64,000 bases of DNA, from the NCBI GenBank assembly GCA_000708835.1, contig DF236968.1, forward strand, positions 332,672-396,671, given 5' to 3'. This DNA is from Klebsormidium nitens. Taxonomy: Eukaryota; Plantae; Klebsormidiophyceae. How positions within the stretch are numbered: the first letter of the stretch is position 1; each line of letters begins with the position of its first letter. Shown here in pieces: positions 26,601 to 39,899 of this stretch. The notes under the pieces were generated by a model. It was not told the DNA's origin and did not search any database. It was given only the letters and a program-made list of their open reading frames with translations. The translations under genes and the position numbers were made by a program.

Positions 26601-29600
26601 CCGCCTGAATGTTTCTGGAGATTCTGACGTTCGTCCGTTTTCACCCGTGGATCGCCCGCAGACCCGATCGATATCGTTCTGGGCCGCCTTCAGGTGCTGT
26701 TTCGTTGCTGCTGTTGCCAGCTTGGGTAAGCTTAAGACATATCCTTAGCACAATCACCTTGCGTGTGAAGTCAAAAGTATCTTCTTGATTGACGAGCTTC
26801 CTTCATGCGCACAGAGTCAAAGCACTTCCAGCGTATGGTTCATTGGTTACTCTCTTGTCGTCAGCTTGACACGGATCACAGCAACATAACCTTAGAACAT
26901 GTCTTGAAAGCTCGCTTGTCGATTCGATTCGTTCCCTTTGACTCCACATCTCAGCTCTTTCAGGTGCACTCTGCTTGCAGTGCTCGAGTTTCCGACTTTT
27001 CTGCCGGTTGTATTTCGACCTTCCCGAACTCGCTCGCTCCTCTCCCCTAATGTCTCGCCTCGGTCCATTGCCCCTTACTCTTCCACAAAACTTGAGAATG
27101 ATATTGATAAGCCACGATAATAATAAGCTCTGACTAACATCACAAACTTAAACCCACAAACCTGCCTGCTCCGCACCCATACCCACCCTAACTTCCAAAC
27201 TAACCCTACCCGTCCCAGTGCGGTCACCTTACTACACCTCGGTTTTTTCCAACATTTCTCTTGAGTGCCAGTAGTCTTCCCGCCTGTCTTCCACCAATCA
27301 CGCTCTCTTTCCCCGAACAGCTGTCACGGTGGCAGTCGACTCCATCGTCTTTCCTCCCTCTTCCACCGACCAATCGCCCTTCTGTTTGACAGCTGTCAGA
27401 GTGGCTGTCGACTCCTCCTTTGATCAACCAATTCCGTCCCCTTATTTCTGACAGCTGTCACTGTGGCAGTCGACTCCTTCTTCTGGGGCCGGTGGTTGTG
27501 GCCTGAGGGCGAGGTCCTGTGGTTCAACACTGTTCTAAACAAGAGCGCCGACTGGGGCGTCTCCCCGTGGCACTGGTACTTCACCTCGGCGCTGCCCCGG
27601 GCACTGCTCGGGGCATACCCCCTAGCACTGGTAAGTTACGCAACCAGGTTTTGGAAGAGTTCTCCAACGTTCTATATTTGCATCGTCAGACGTGATTGAA
27701 TCGTCCTTTCCGTACTGAAAGGACGAGGTCGCTTAGGAATCAATCGGTCAGAAACTTTATTGAAGCAAAGGGAACCGTGGCAAGGACCTCTCTATTTTTT
27801 TTTGAGGACTTCTTTATACTTTTTCGGTGCGGCGAACGAACCTAACCCTGCGGTGATGAACTAAACCTGCAGCTGGGTTGCGGTTTCTGAAATTTTGTGC
27901 ACAGCGGGCGCTAACTCTGTGTCATCCAACAAGAGTGTGCAGCTCACCGGACCATTCCCACCTAGACGAAACGAGCGCTAACCTGTGGTGTGAAAACCTC
28001 GGTTGCAGCTCGGCGCGTTCCTTGACCGGCGCGCGGGGAGCCTGCTGTGGCCGATCCTCTTGTTCGTGTCACTCTACTCGTATCTTCCACATAAGGTAAG
28101 ACTTGCTTAAACCAGATTTCGTAACTTGAAAATCAGGCACCAGGTATCTAGTAAGCCGCGTCGCTCCTCCCTGGACTGGGACACGGAGATGTCAGTACTC
28201 TGGATTTTACGATCAGCCGAGCTTTTATTGCGGAGCCTTTCTCGAGTTGATCAGGACCCCGGCACCTTGTTAAGGCAATTCTGGAACATCCGTAATCGCG
28301 TGAATTTGGGTCCGACCAAATGGACTTGTTTGTTCAGGTCTACGTGGAGAAAATTCGTCAGGCTGATTTAGTCAGCTCCGACTTGTCGTTGGATGGAAAC
28401 GGAGCTTGTATGATCAATCCAGATCAACTCTGCTTGCTTCCAAGCAATCCACATAAAATGGCTGCGAACTCTCAGAGCGTGAAGTAACCGGTTTTGAGAG
28501 ACGTGCTCGAAATGTTTGACCGGGCTTCGTTATTTCCACCAGGAGTTGCGGTTCATCTTCCCAGCTTTCCCGATCTTCAACACATCCGCCGCAGTCGCCA
28601 TCGAACGGATGTGAGAGCGCCCTCCTATTCAGCTCCATAATGAGATTCTTTTCTAAGGGAGTTTTCCTTCCCTTAAGGGAGTCTCCTTTCTTTCTTTCTC
28701 GGAAGGGATCGAGCAAGCGATAGGATCAGTCTCTTAGGCCTCCTGTATCTCGCGTTTCTGGGTGGAGACGCTCCTGAGCTCCATTATCCTTCGTTGTTCC
28801 TTTGAAGGTCTCCTTTTTGCTTCATTGGTTCTTATCATAGTCGTCTTTATTGTGAGTTCACCTTTTTTGCAGACGCATCAATTGGCATAAGTCCTGGTTA
28901 TGGAAGCTCCTGGGCTTAAGCTGCGCTGGGTTGCTTCTCGGCAGCCTGGCTGCTACTTGCGTTTTTACGGCAGCTTCGGCCGCTAACTACCCTGGGGGGG
29001 AGGCCCTGAGACTGCTGCACAAATTAGGTAAGCACCCTTAAGTAAAAATGAATTTAATGGGAACGCATTCGCAGGTTGGGATCCTTTGAGCATTGTGAGA
29101 ACGAAGTCGAGCATCGAAGCTTCGGTCCCGGTACCTGAGGACCTAACCGAGTGGCGAACACAATACAGAGACCCCATTTTTAAAAATATCGCCCACATCT
29201 TGATGTGTAGACCAAGTCTTGCTTAGTTCAATCTGGGCTGTAGGTCAAGGAAAGCGCTGAAGCACAGAAGAAATCGGGACTTGAACCGATTGCACTGCAT
29301 GATTAAAAAAGCGACGAATGAACATTTCCGGAAAACTAAACCCGCGTCTTTGCATTTTCGGACAGAGAGTGCAGTCACGTACAGCTGCTACTTTCTCAAG
29401 CCGGCCGCAAACGTCCGGAGTATTGTGACCTCAGGGAAAAGCAAGAGAAAGAAGCAAGATAAATCCCTCGGAAGACTGATTGTCGTACTTGCATTACTGT
29501 ACAGAGAGCTCGAAGCCGCATTTGGACGCTCCTCCGTACGTCCACGTGGACGTTTTGCCCGCCATGACCGGCGTCTCACGTTTTCTTGAGGAACCGGGCT

Positions 29601-30882
29601 GGAGGTACGGACCGGTTCAGAAGTGTACTGGGAACATTCCAATCCTTTTGATCGAAGACCCTGAACTCTCAACGCCTGGTTTTTTGAAACATGATACTTC
29701 GTAACCTTGAGACCCCAATTGATCTTAGACGGTCGATTATCAGCGTGCGCATCCTTTCCGTGCTCTTGTACCAGATTGGTTATTGCTGTTGTGCGCCAAG
29801 TCGCGCGAACGTTCTTTAGCTTCTGGCTGTCAGGTACTCGAAAGAGGAGGGCTTGGATCCGGAGGACTACGCCTCACGGAACTTCACGCACTTGCTCAGG
29901 TGAGTCCTTTTTCTTGTGAGAAGCGCTCACGGCCACCATTCGAAACTGACGCTTCTCCTTTTTGGTGAAAAAGCGGGTGATTTTAGAATCTGAAGCGTAT
30001 GCGCATCCTCACGATGAAACGCCGAGTCCAGCGCCAAAAGCATCCTTTCCTGCAGCCGCTTTCCCTCCCCATGTATCGGAAGAGGTATTTTCTTCAACGA
30101 ATTGTGCTCACTTAAAAGCCGTCGCTCAAGACGGTCACAAGAAGTACAAGCGACAGTGAGGACGTGCAAAACGGCCCAGGCTAAGAGAGCCCACGAAGGC
30201 TGTGTTTCTATTTTTCTTATCTCTTCGCCGATTGCCGGTGCCAGTCCTCGGTAGCAGGCGATCAGGGACCTGGAAGTCCGTTCCTCGATCCCGCGATTTA
30301 GTGTCGAACCACCCATGAACTTGCCTTTTCGATGAATCTTTGTCATCCAGCCGTTCCCGCTCATCTCCGAATCTTGACCGTCCGGTATCTGCAGTGGACG
30401 GTCCGATGTGCCCCACTTCAAGCTTCTGGCCGCGGTAGAAGGCTTCCACAGGGTGCGGTTGCGGCGTGCGCTTTGGCCCGTTTATCTGGTGAGTTGCACT
30501 CGTCTCAACTAGCCCCGCCGGCTTTCTTGCAAGCATCTGCGCTCAACACGGAAATCCTGCCCCTCCACCCTCCCCTCTGCCTGAACGAACGGAGGAACTT
30601 CCTGTCTCGTTCATGCTTGTGAAAATGCTTGTGAGCGTGAAGGGTAAAAAGTGTCTTGTCAAGATTTAGCTGACTTTCTTGAGACAGCGGAAGGAGCAGT
30701 GGGGCTTGACAAGCATTGCGGATGCATGCTCGGATGTTTGGGCTCGCATAACCCGGTAGTCACCAAGACTGGGAGTCATTGAAGACAGGTTCAAAGGTCT
30801 AGAAACTCATCACGGCTATCTCTTCGTACAGGAGAAGATACCGTCCACGTTCATACACGTCAGATCCGATGCCGGCCCCTAG
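23678..30882 (+). CDS. ALG12: Dol-P-Man:Man7GlcNAc2-PP-Dol alpha-1,6-mannosyltransferase (GT22)
   Basis: 16 exons (23678-23797, 24131-24172, 24405-24537, 24944-24999, 25367-25484, 25789-25847, 26291-26362, 26662-26725, 27455-27630, 28009-28095, 28543-28610, 28873-29027, 29505-29604, 29834-29899, 30395-30488, 30832-30882). Hallmarks [53 protein letters not shown]...SPWHWYF, YSYLPHKELRF, ANYPGG and WRYSKEE. Confidence 0.95.
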
Positions 30883-32135
30883 TGACTAGGACCTGAGACT
30901 CGAAGTGCTTAATCTCTGCCCGCTAACCAAACGATTCTTATTGGTGCTCCAACATGTTATGGAAGGATCTCCACCGCTGCCATAAAGAGCCGGTGCGCTT
31001 AGGCGGCACACAGTGCCATACTTTTACCGATTGCTGTACGGCGATGTGTAGAGTGCCTCCAAGGTACAATAGACCCAGAATGAATCCAATCCATAGTCAG
31101 TCACCGCGGTACAGAGCATGGGTAACCAATCTTTTTCGTCAAAAAGCATGTCTGGCAGGCTCACTGAGTTAAGTGGACAGCCGTCGCTAATGCACCGCCC
31201 CCGCTCTGCGTGTACGTGCAAAACCTCGACTTCCGGCGCCACGCATCGTTTGTGACACGCGAGTTTCTCGTGAGCTGTAAGCCCCGCAATGTTTGATCTG
31301 ATGTTGTTGAATTGCAACGAGTACATTTTGTAGACACGGTTTGATGATAATGATTCACCATGTAAACAATATAAGCGTACGTAATTGCAACATGATAGCT
31401 TGCATGGAATTGATTGACTATGAGCACCGTCACTGTCACTGCCCCACCTAGGGGGATCGGGAACGTATGCAACTACAGAGACTCCCGGGGCAGCGCTTAC
31501 GTGATATGATCACGAGCGTTCCTGGCGGGCTGCGTCGTCGCGTTATTCCTGTGAATTGAGGAAGAGTAACTACAGCTGCTAAATTAGCTAGCGCAGATCC
31601 AGCGGTATGCGGCCGGACATCAATCTATCAGTGTACATAAATGCGTACGCACAATCCATATTGAAACGTTCTTTCCGTTTGCATGACGCTCTTTCACATA
31701 AGCGCATATACTGACTCGCTCGCGGTAATGAAGCTGTGTGCTAAGATCGCAGGACGGCTTGTGCTGAAAGAGACACGTCTATTGAATCCCCTTCAAGCAG
31801 ATTCCCACGTTACAGAATGTATGCTCATATAAGTGACTTTCAAGTATTTGGATCTATACAGACTGGCGAGTAAGGTGCACCGAGGCACTTGACACTTCGA
31901 CACCAGGCTAAGCCGCTAGCTGGCAAATTAGCCAAGCGCTCTCGCAACGCCCAACAATGGTACTGAAGATGGGCCACAGCGTTGCAGGGCAAAAGGGTCT
32001 TGCGTTGACTCCACAAACAGTCAATGGCAGTTACAGTTGACGGCCTTCTCTGTAGAGTCCTTTCATCAAGTCTTTCTACATAGTCCATCCCCAAAGTCTC
32101 AACGCTTCTACATGCCGACTCTTCTTCCGTATACC

Positions 32136-35100
32136 CTAGAAAAATGGAGGGAAAATGACCCACCGCCTCGGATACTTGACTGTTCCGTCCTTGCCGTCGA
32201 AAGTCTGCAAACGTAAATGGCATCCGTTCACCACTTTGACTACGGACCGACTTGCAGCGTTGTTACAACATCATTTGTCGAAGCGGGCACAAGGTCTTCA
32301 CGACCAACTGTTGTCGAGAGTCTGGCCCAGATTGGCCAACGACTCATACGGATTTGTCTCAGTATTAAAGCACTTCTGATCGCGCATTCCTGGCCATCCC
32401 CGTTTCGACGTGGTCTTGAAACCCCTATGCATATCTACCAGTCTGGGCTCCCTGCAGAGCCTCAGCCAAACTGACAGTATGATAAGGGACCGGAGCCCAG
32501 ACTTCGTGATGGGATGATCGAACCGAAGACAAAATGGCAAGGGTGTGTCCTTGTAAAGTACAGCGGCATCAACACTTAAAAGTGCTGGGATCGAAACAGA
32601 AGCTCACCCGTCGCAGCCGCTTGTGCTTGCCAACCGCCCATATGGTCATTTGCGTTGCTCCGCCCACAATGAACACCCAGCCCATAAGCGTCTGCGTCGC
32701 AATGTTGAACCCAATCCAAGCCCAAATCTCCGTCGTGTAGTTTGCGCAAGTCACGTAGTTGAAAAGGAAACCCTGCAACAGGAATCAAAGCTCAGCGAAT
32801 TTTCAAAAGTAGAATGGTTGCAGTGGGGCTTGTCTCAGACAGCAAAGACGAATCCAACTCTGTTGACTTCAGGAAGGGAGCAAAACGGTTTCCCGAAGCC
32901 AATCACGCTTGAACCTGCAATTGTCAGTCATACTTGAAGGAGAAGAGGAACAACACTAGACTGGATAATCAGCGTCTCAATCCCAACATTCATCAATACC
33001 ATCTTTGAAATGTCAACGCTTGCTGACAAGCGTGCAGACCTGGTGATCTCTCACACATTGGGGAGCGGCGTCGTTGAGTCTGAGACCGACCCTTTAAAAC
33101 AACATGCGGCGTGCATCAGACAGAAATTGTCAGTACATCACACCAGGCCGACAATCTGACCCAGATTTTAGGTAGCTATCTCAGACTGTGTGGTTAATGC
33201 CAACTCGTCTTTGCAATCAGTGCTCAACCTTGTAGTAGCACAAACCCACCTTCGGAATGAAGTAGCCCTTGCTCCCCGGTGGCCGGATGTTTCTCAATAT
33301 GAGGTGCGTGTAAAAGTTGGACAGCTGCGCAACCGCAAAGATCCCAAACCCAACGAGCATCTGCGTCTCACTAACCGGGGTGTACAACGGGTTGTTAAGG
33401 AAGTAACTGATAACCAGCGCGAAACCCCAGTAGTATGTACAGTTCTTGAGCAGGAAGTAGTATCCGACCGTATCGTGACTGTACCGGTGCACGAAAAGCG
33501 TTTCCAAGATGCGCTTTGCGTAGTGGAACTCCCAGGCTAGCAGCGCGTAGAACTGGTAATCATGGCGGTTAGCGCTAATCTGGCTGTTAACGGCCCAGGG
33601 GTAGAGCGCTTGGGGGAAGAGGTAGAACAGCGGGTAGAGTAGGAGCGGGCCTAGGTATTCCATGACAAAGAGAGTGGTCCATGTGATCTGGGGGCCTAGG
33701 TCTTTGAACACGACAACGGGCTTGGAGGTTTTGGAGAAGTAGTCGGAGAGCTTTTTGGAGGACTCTAGGACGGTGGCCTTCTTCTGGTCGGGCCCGAGGG
33801 GTAGCGTGAGGCGCTGGCGGGACGGGTAGAACTTCTTGACTGCAGGAGGTTCAGCCGTAGGTTAGCGGCATAACGAGATTTTTGAGTTTGGCTAGTTGCC
33901 GTGATGTAGGGGCGCCCTGAGAGGGGTCGATTGCCTTGACTGGGGAAAAGGGGCGTCACGATTTGAAGTGGGCGAGTCAGATTGGGGGCATCGAGACTGA
34001 CAGTGTTATTCGTGGCCTGCGAAGGCTGAGGCACTAACATGGGAACAGGCACTCTTGTAAGAGAACCAAGGGAACAGGGATGAAAAGAGATACTCTTTCT
34101 TTCCAGAATGGAGATGGTCAGGTGGTGGCGAGAAGTGAAACAGTACATGAGCTCATTGCTGACAGTAGAAAAGCGGGGCTAGAAGCTTAAGCAAAGTAGC
34201 CATCTCAATGGCTACATCAAGATGGATGCAGATTTCAGAAGGGGACCTTTCTGCAAGATCTTACACAAGAAGAGCATAACGCACCTTTAATCGTTGCTCA
34301 TTGGAATAGAAGAAAGAGGAAGTCCCCGACGTTATCTCAACTCAGATGCATAAATTTAAAGAAGAAGCAACCGAAGCGTGGAACCAACAAACTGGTCTCC
34401 CGAGAAGAGTTAAGGAGGAAAAACACAACGGAGCGCCAGTTCAATTAAGGAGCTACAACGCATAAACGTTTTCGGTGACGAGCATTGTCAACAGCGCTCC
34501 CCAGACGAGGATTGAGTATCTGAGCAGATCTTTCAAGAGTAACGCAGCAAAATGGTGCACACCTCGTGCAGTCTCTATATACCACCATCGAGCGTCTGCT
34601 TTGATCTGTCCGAAGTGCATTTCAGTTCTGGAACATGGCACCAGGGGCATCAACAAAAAGAGATAAGCTACGGCCATTATCAACGGGGATTGCCACTGTC
34701 TACGAAGGTCATCAAGCGGCCCTGTCAAGGGCAGCGGTGAGCGGAGCGGTGGTTGTCATGAAATACATCGGTAGTGGTCCAAGTATGGATCACAGTTTTC
34801 GTCACTTACTTTTTGCATGAAAGGCCGCCTGCAGGTCCGCCACTGTCGCCTGCAAAAGTTACGCAAAAAGTCCTTCAAGCATCTGAGAGCGCTCCTTTCT
34901 GAGAAGCATGAAGATTTTGCCTGCCGTCCTGTTCAAGTGGTGACGCGCCTTCAGAACATCCTTTCCTTGACTGTTCGTGCGCAGATAGTCTGCTGAAAAG
35001 CACCTTCAAGAGTTGTTTTCCATTGACGGATCACGTTAAGATACTCGGCTAAGAGCTTTCCCAAGGTGCCGGCGCCACGCGCAGAAAAGACTGTGAATAA

Positions 35101-35565
35101 AAGAAGTCATTTTGATTCTCCAACGCTTGATCAGTATAAGCGCTAATGAAATGCAAGCAAAAGAGACAGCTCATTTCAATGCAGAATATCGAGGGTGTCT
35201 TTCTGACATCTAACTCAACATCAAGGTTATCATTCTTCCGAAGGCGTTACAAGCTTAATTGGCGCTTGCAAGAACCACTTAGCATCACAACAATCCAATG
35301 AGGCAGATCTGCATTCCTCTCCTGGCTTCTGAAGTTGGGGAGCAACGAACAAGCAAGATTTCAATTACATTGAGAACAACTTTCGAGATGGGTGCCGTAT
35401 TCCTGCTGCATACCAGCGTTTATGCGGATGCTAGCCGGCAGATTTGCGCTCCATCAGACAGTGTTCATAGTAATGCAAATGCATTGAAGTGCTTACATCA
35501 TCCGGCAGCTCGAGCCCCCCCTTGACGACTTCCCGCCCGCTGCGGGACTCGATGCGGATCTGCAT
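32136..35565 (-). CDS. ECR: Very-long-chain enoyl-CoA reductase (TSC13/CER10)
   Basis: Exons 35497-35565, 34810-34849, 33250-33839, 32608-32772 and 32136-32204. Sequence [69 protein letters not shown] and [12 protein letters not shown]. Confidence 0.96.
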
Positions 35566-35875
35566 GCTCGCCTGCAATTTGTCAAATGGCACTGCCTGAT
35601 CAAAGCACCACCAACTGTCTTCCGCAAGGACGTGTGCTGTCGCTGCTATCCTCTCTTTTTACGCAGGCGCTCGAGCATTTGTGCGGAGCTGTAACTAGAG
35701 CAGAGAACGCTGGGCACAGGGTCAGCTGAGTTCTCATACGTAGACACGTGTCACCCTTACAGAACGGGCCAACTAGACAAGTATCCAATCACGGATTGCC
35801 AAATCAGCACGCCCAAGGAATCCCTCTGGATTCCGAAGTTCCATGGAACCCCCACTCATTTCAATGTTGCTGCAG

Positions 35876-35914
35876 AGACTCAGGCTCAGAGTCAGAGTCA
35901 GAGTCAGAGTCAGA
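35876..35914. repeat. (CAGAGT)n hexanucleotide microsatellite in the ECR/GFA divergent spacer
   Basis: gagactcaggctcagagtcagagtcagagtcagagtcag. Confidence 0.8.
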
Positions 35915-36154
35915 AAGCATGGGAATCTCTGCAACAGCTGAGCAAGGAAGCGTACAAAGGATTCATGAGTCTTGGTGTCTCCTCTGGACGCAATTGGCAG
36001 CTCGCATTTGGGAGGCTGGCAGATGCCACGTTTGCAGGCCGGCAAACATATCAAACTTTTTTGGCCAAGGTCTAAGCCCTTCTGAAAGTATTAGGGCGGC
36101 TGGCTCCATTGAGCTGAAACATTGCGTAGTGGCCACCTGAACTCGTCAATTGTT

Positions 36155-38658
36155 ATGGCAGCGCCTGAGGGGAGGGCCATCCAGGGTCAATGTTTTTGCA
36201 CTGCTGTAAAGTTTGAGATCGCAGCTGGTGTAGAGCCTGCTTTTCAGGTGAGGTATGACTATTGATACAATGATAAGTTTGAGTTCGTAAAACTTATGCA
36301 TGTTGTTTAACTCTTAATATAGCGGTTCATTCGTAACCACTTTTTTGTCGGTGGGGTGTTTTGGCAACAAGATGACACACTGTGGTGGTGCGCATGATCT
36401 TCGAAATTGATCACAAGAAATCTTTGAGAAAAGGTGCCAGGTCTTATGCATAAGCTCAACTCTGCACTGTGCCAAGCTGAAAGGAAGCTCAACTCGAAGG
36501 TTGATGTAATCTCAAGAGCCCTTCCTCCTGCCCTTCCTTCCTTGCTCCTCAAACTGTTCAGAATGAAAGGCCATCAAGCACAAGCTCAATTTTGCACTGT
36601 GCCAAGGTGAAACACATCTTGACTCAAGTTGAATCGATCTCAAGAGGCTCCCTTCCTCAGTCCTTCAAGTGTCCGGAAAGAAAACCCCAAAAGTGTACAC
36701 TAATCCTATCGACGAAGGGCAGGAAAACCAAGCGCCTGAACTTAACAGTCTGCAAGACATTCTTTTGTCAGGCGTATTGCCACTGCCGTTCCTGCCAATG
36801 CTACCATTCTGCCCCCTTCATCGCCGTTGTGGGTTTCCCCATCAAGGTGGATCACGGCTTTGCTGACAAGGAGGGAAGGTGAGTAGTCACGCATCCTCTC
36901 AGATGCTCAGGTCGTGGAGCTTTGCTGTTGCTTGGTGTTATTGATGTTCGATTAGTGAGTGTTTCCTTAATGTCATGAATGCGCTTCTTAGGAAGCCGCA
37001 ATTGCCTGATGGCGCAAGAGAGAGGCTTCTCTGCTTGCATGCCATACTAGCGGGTTCTGCAAAGGTACAGGCATGCGGTTTGGGGAAGGATCAAAATTTA
37101 CTGCGACAAGATACGGGTACAACAGTGTGACTTTCAGTAGAAGGTGATTCTGTGTGAGTGTGACTTCCAGGTTGAAGTTCACGGAAGGCGCTGATCTGGT
37201 GACGTCGTACAATCACTCGCATCACGGCGCGCCCCGTAGGATGTTCTGTAAACGGTGAGTTCTGGGAGAAACGACGTTACTCCGCAAGGATGGTCTTTTA
37301 CAGATTGCGTTGAGTGGCTGAATAAGATTGCGTTTGAAACTATTGGGGTTGCCGGTTGGATAGAGGCCGTGATTTGTCTGAGAGTAGCATATATTGAACT
37401 AGACACAAGGTCTTGCTCGATCATCTAGATTGGAGCAAAAACTCTAGTTTGACTAGCTCATTGGTTCACAAATATGTCAGTCACGTATGCTGAACGCAAG
37501 AGCTTTACAGCTCCGCCACGTCCTGTGTACTTTGGCACGTTGAGAGCCGTTTCTTCCATCAGGAACAGAAAGGCGGGTGATGATAGTGACGAATTTGTTG
37601 CAGGATGTGGGCGGAAGCTGACTCCTTGTTTTCTGTGATCTAAGATGGATCGATAAGCTTACAAACCAAGAAGGTATTCGCTCGAAGCGGATACCAGACT
37701 AGGCAGGTGGCGAAATCACAAAGCCCACAGTACCCCAACAAACAAGCTGAAAAGCCAATAAATCTCGAAGAAGTCGAAGTTCACTCCCTAACTTCGGCGG
37801 ACGCCAAACCTCTTTGTAAGCTTGATGAATTCTTACGGACACCCGCCATACAGATGCAGCACGTCTTTCCATACAGAAGGCAGACCTTCCTTTTCTACAC
37901 ACAGGTGCGGTGCGGCCCTCGCAAACGTTCTCGACGAGGGCATCTTCGTCACCTTCCCCCGAGTCATTGCAAAGGGCGGCTTCACATTCAAGTGAGTTTC
38001 CGTCTTCCTTTGTAAAAAAAAGCTAAAACCTAGTAAAAAACGAACGCACTCACTCCCTATCGGGAGCCAAGAACCACTCTCCTTCGGGGAGTGGACTGAC
38101 TGCGTTAGTGGCTGACGTCATATGAAGGGGCGCGGAGGTGGGACTGGGGAAGGGGGTGATGGGGCCAACGTCATGCTTTTTTGCAAAGGTAAGGAAGAGG
38201 TGGTGTAGACCATACAAGCCCAGGCAAGACGTGTGCTGAGGGCAATCCGCTTTGCTGCCGCTGAGAATTGTCATCCCGGTTGTAGAGAGTCGTCTCTCGT
38301 CCTCGACAAGAGAACTCTTGTTCGTGTACTGTCCAGTAAGCACCTTATACAAGGCCTCTCGCTTGTGCTCTTTCTAGCTTGTTTTCTGACACACTGACCA
38401 TGCGCTTGTGCATGTGACCACTCGACAACTGCCGAACACTCTCCGCAAATGTATTAGATTGCCGAATTGTTCCGGCTGTTGAGCTCAAATGATGACGGTG
38501 CGCCCTTAACGTTGCAAGTGTCAGGCAGGCCCCAGTTTCATGGGTTTTATGGCGACACGGTGTTTCCATTTCCGGACGGCCTGCCAAAGTACAGCGGCTT
38601 TGGCAAGGGCGACCGACTGGACGAGGGCAGCCCCTCGAAGGAGTACAGGTTCGACTAA
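36155..38658 (+). CDS. GFA / Mss4-like (CENP-V/Gfa) zinc-binding protein
   Basis: Exons 36155-36247, 36772-36878, 37171-37254, 37905-37991 and 38529-38658 join in phase: GQCFCTAVKFE..AYCHCRSCQCYHSAPF..RMFCKRCG..PQFHGFY..DGLPKY. This is the CxC / CHCxxC / FCxxCG pattern of the GFA family. Confidence 0.88.
36453..36665. repeat. Imperfect direct repeat (2 x ~85 bp) in GFA intron 1
   Basis: aagctcaactctgcactgtgccaagctgaaa...atctcaagagcccttcctc versus aagctcaattttgcactgtgccaaggtgaaa...atctcaagaggctcccttcctc. Confidence 0.7.
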
Positions 38659-39899
38659 CTTGAAACAGGGACTTCAGGATGTTTCAGATAATCACATCCT
38701 TAGCTACCAAGCCTGCTTCCATGATCTGTACTCGATGTTGGATGTTGAGATTCAGTTGTAACGGCGACGTATAGGATTTGCTTTTAGTGAAAGTTAATTG
38801 ACGAGCTCTAGATCGGAGTCCCAGTGATAGCTTGCGGCATGCACTTGTTGCTCAGACTGATTTTAACGTTGCAAGGTAATCCACAAACATCGAGAGCGTA
38901 GAAAAGTAGCACGGGATCGCGGTCGATCGGATCTCCCGATGTTTTCAGAGCTAGCCTGCGGGATGCCCAGCCATCTGCGGTCGAGCGGAGGACACGCAGA
39001 AACGTGCTTTCTGCTTCAAATGACCATGGGAGCGCCTATAAGTTATTCAATTGCACTATTCCCATTGCATACGTGTACATTCTCAATCATGTGTGTACTG
39101 AATGGCAGGATCGCCGCGTCGAGTATCATAGATATCGATTCCAATATGGTTGTCCGCTGCTGATTAAGGTTGCCGCATGTGCCGCCATGCAATAACATGA
39201 TCTCAGATCTATATGAGCGCAAATGCAATTGTGCAAACTGGCGGCAGCGAAGGACCGCGAGGCCGCCTGGCTCTTCGATCAGAATCTAGACACAAGTCAG
39301 GATCCAAAGAGAATCCAACTGTAGAACGGTCAATCAAGTAGTACCGCCGTACTAGTTCGACCTTCAAAATAGGTAGTGCATGCATATGTGCTTGCAGTGA
39401 TGCATGTGATGCGCGTACATACACGCACCAAGATCGGATAGGTATACATGTCAATTATACAGTAGTCCCGCGCATGCGTGTCATGTGACATGTGTCGGGA
39501 GCTGAGATGCATATGTGCGGCGATGCGCCTCCGTGTACGAGCATCTCAAGGTGCATGAAAATCTAGCTATTTGAACGTGCCCGGGCCCCATACTACGATC
39601 TTCCAGCTCCGAACTGCAGACGGCAACGGCCGGCCTTTTACAGAATTTCTAGCTCGATGCAGAGGAGCTGCGGATTTTAGGTACTGACAGATTCGTGCGC
39701 AATGATCGTCTTACATGCGTTTCGAGAATCATCATGTTCAGGGTCTCTCTGATGTACAGCAGTGTGCGGCACAGACGCCCCTGCGTTTCACCGAGGCACG
39801 AACAGTGAAAATATCGGGCGATCTTAAGCTCGTCAGGCTATCAACGAGTGGAAGGTTGACTTCTGTGATCCAACAGAGGATCTGGAATCACTTTATCGT

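Noticed and set aside
34453-34728. 91-aa hydrophobic ORF nested in an ECR intron
   Set aside because: No recognisable motif, no supporting splice or start context, and a length compatible with chance.
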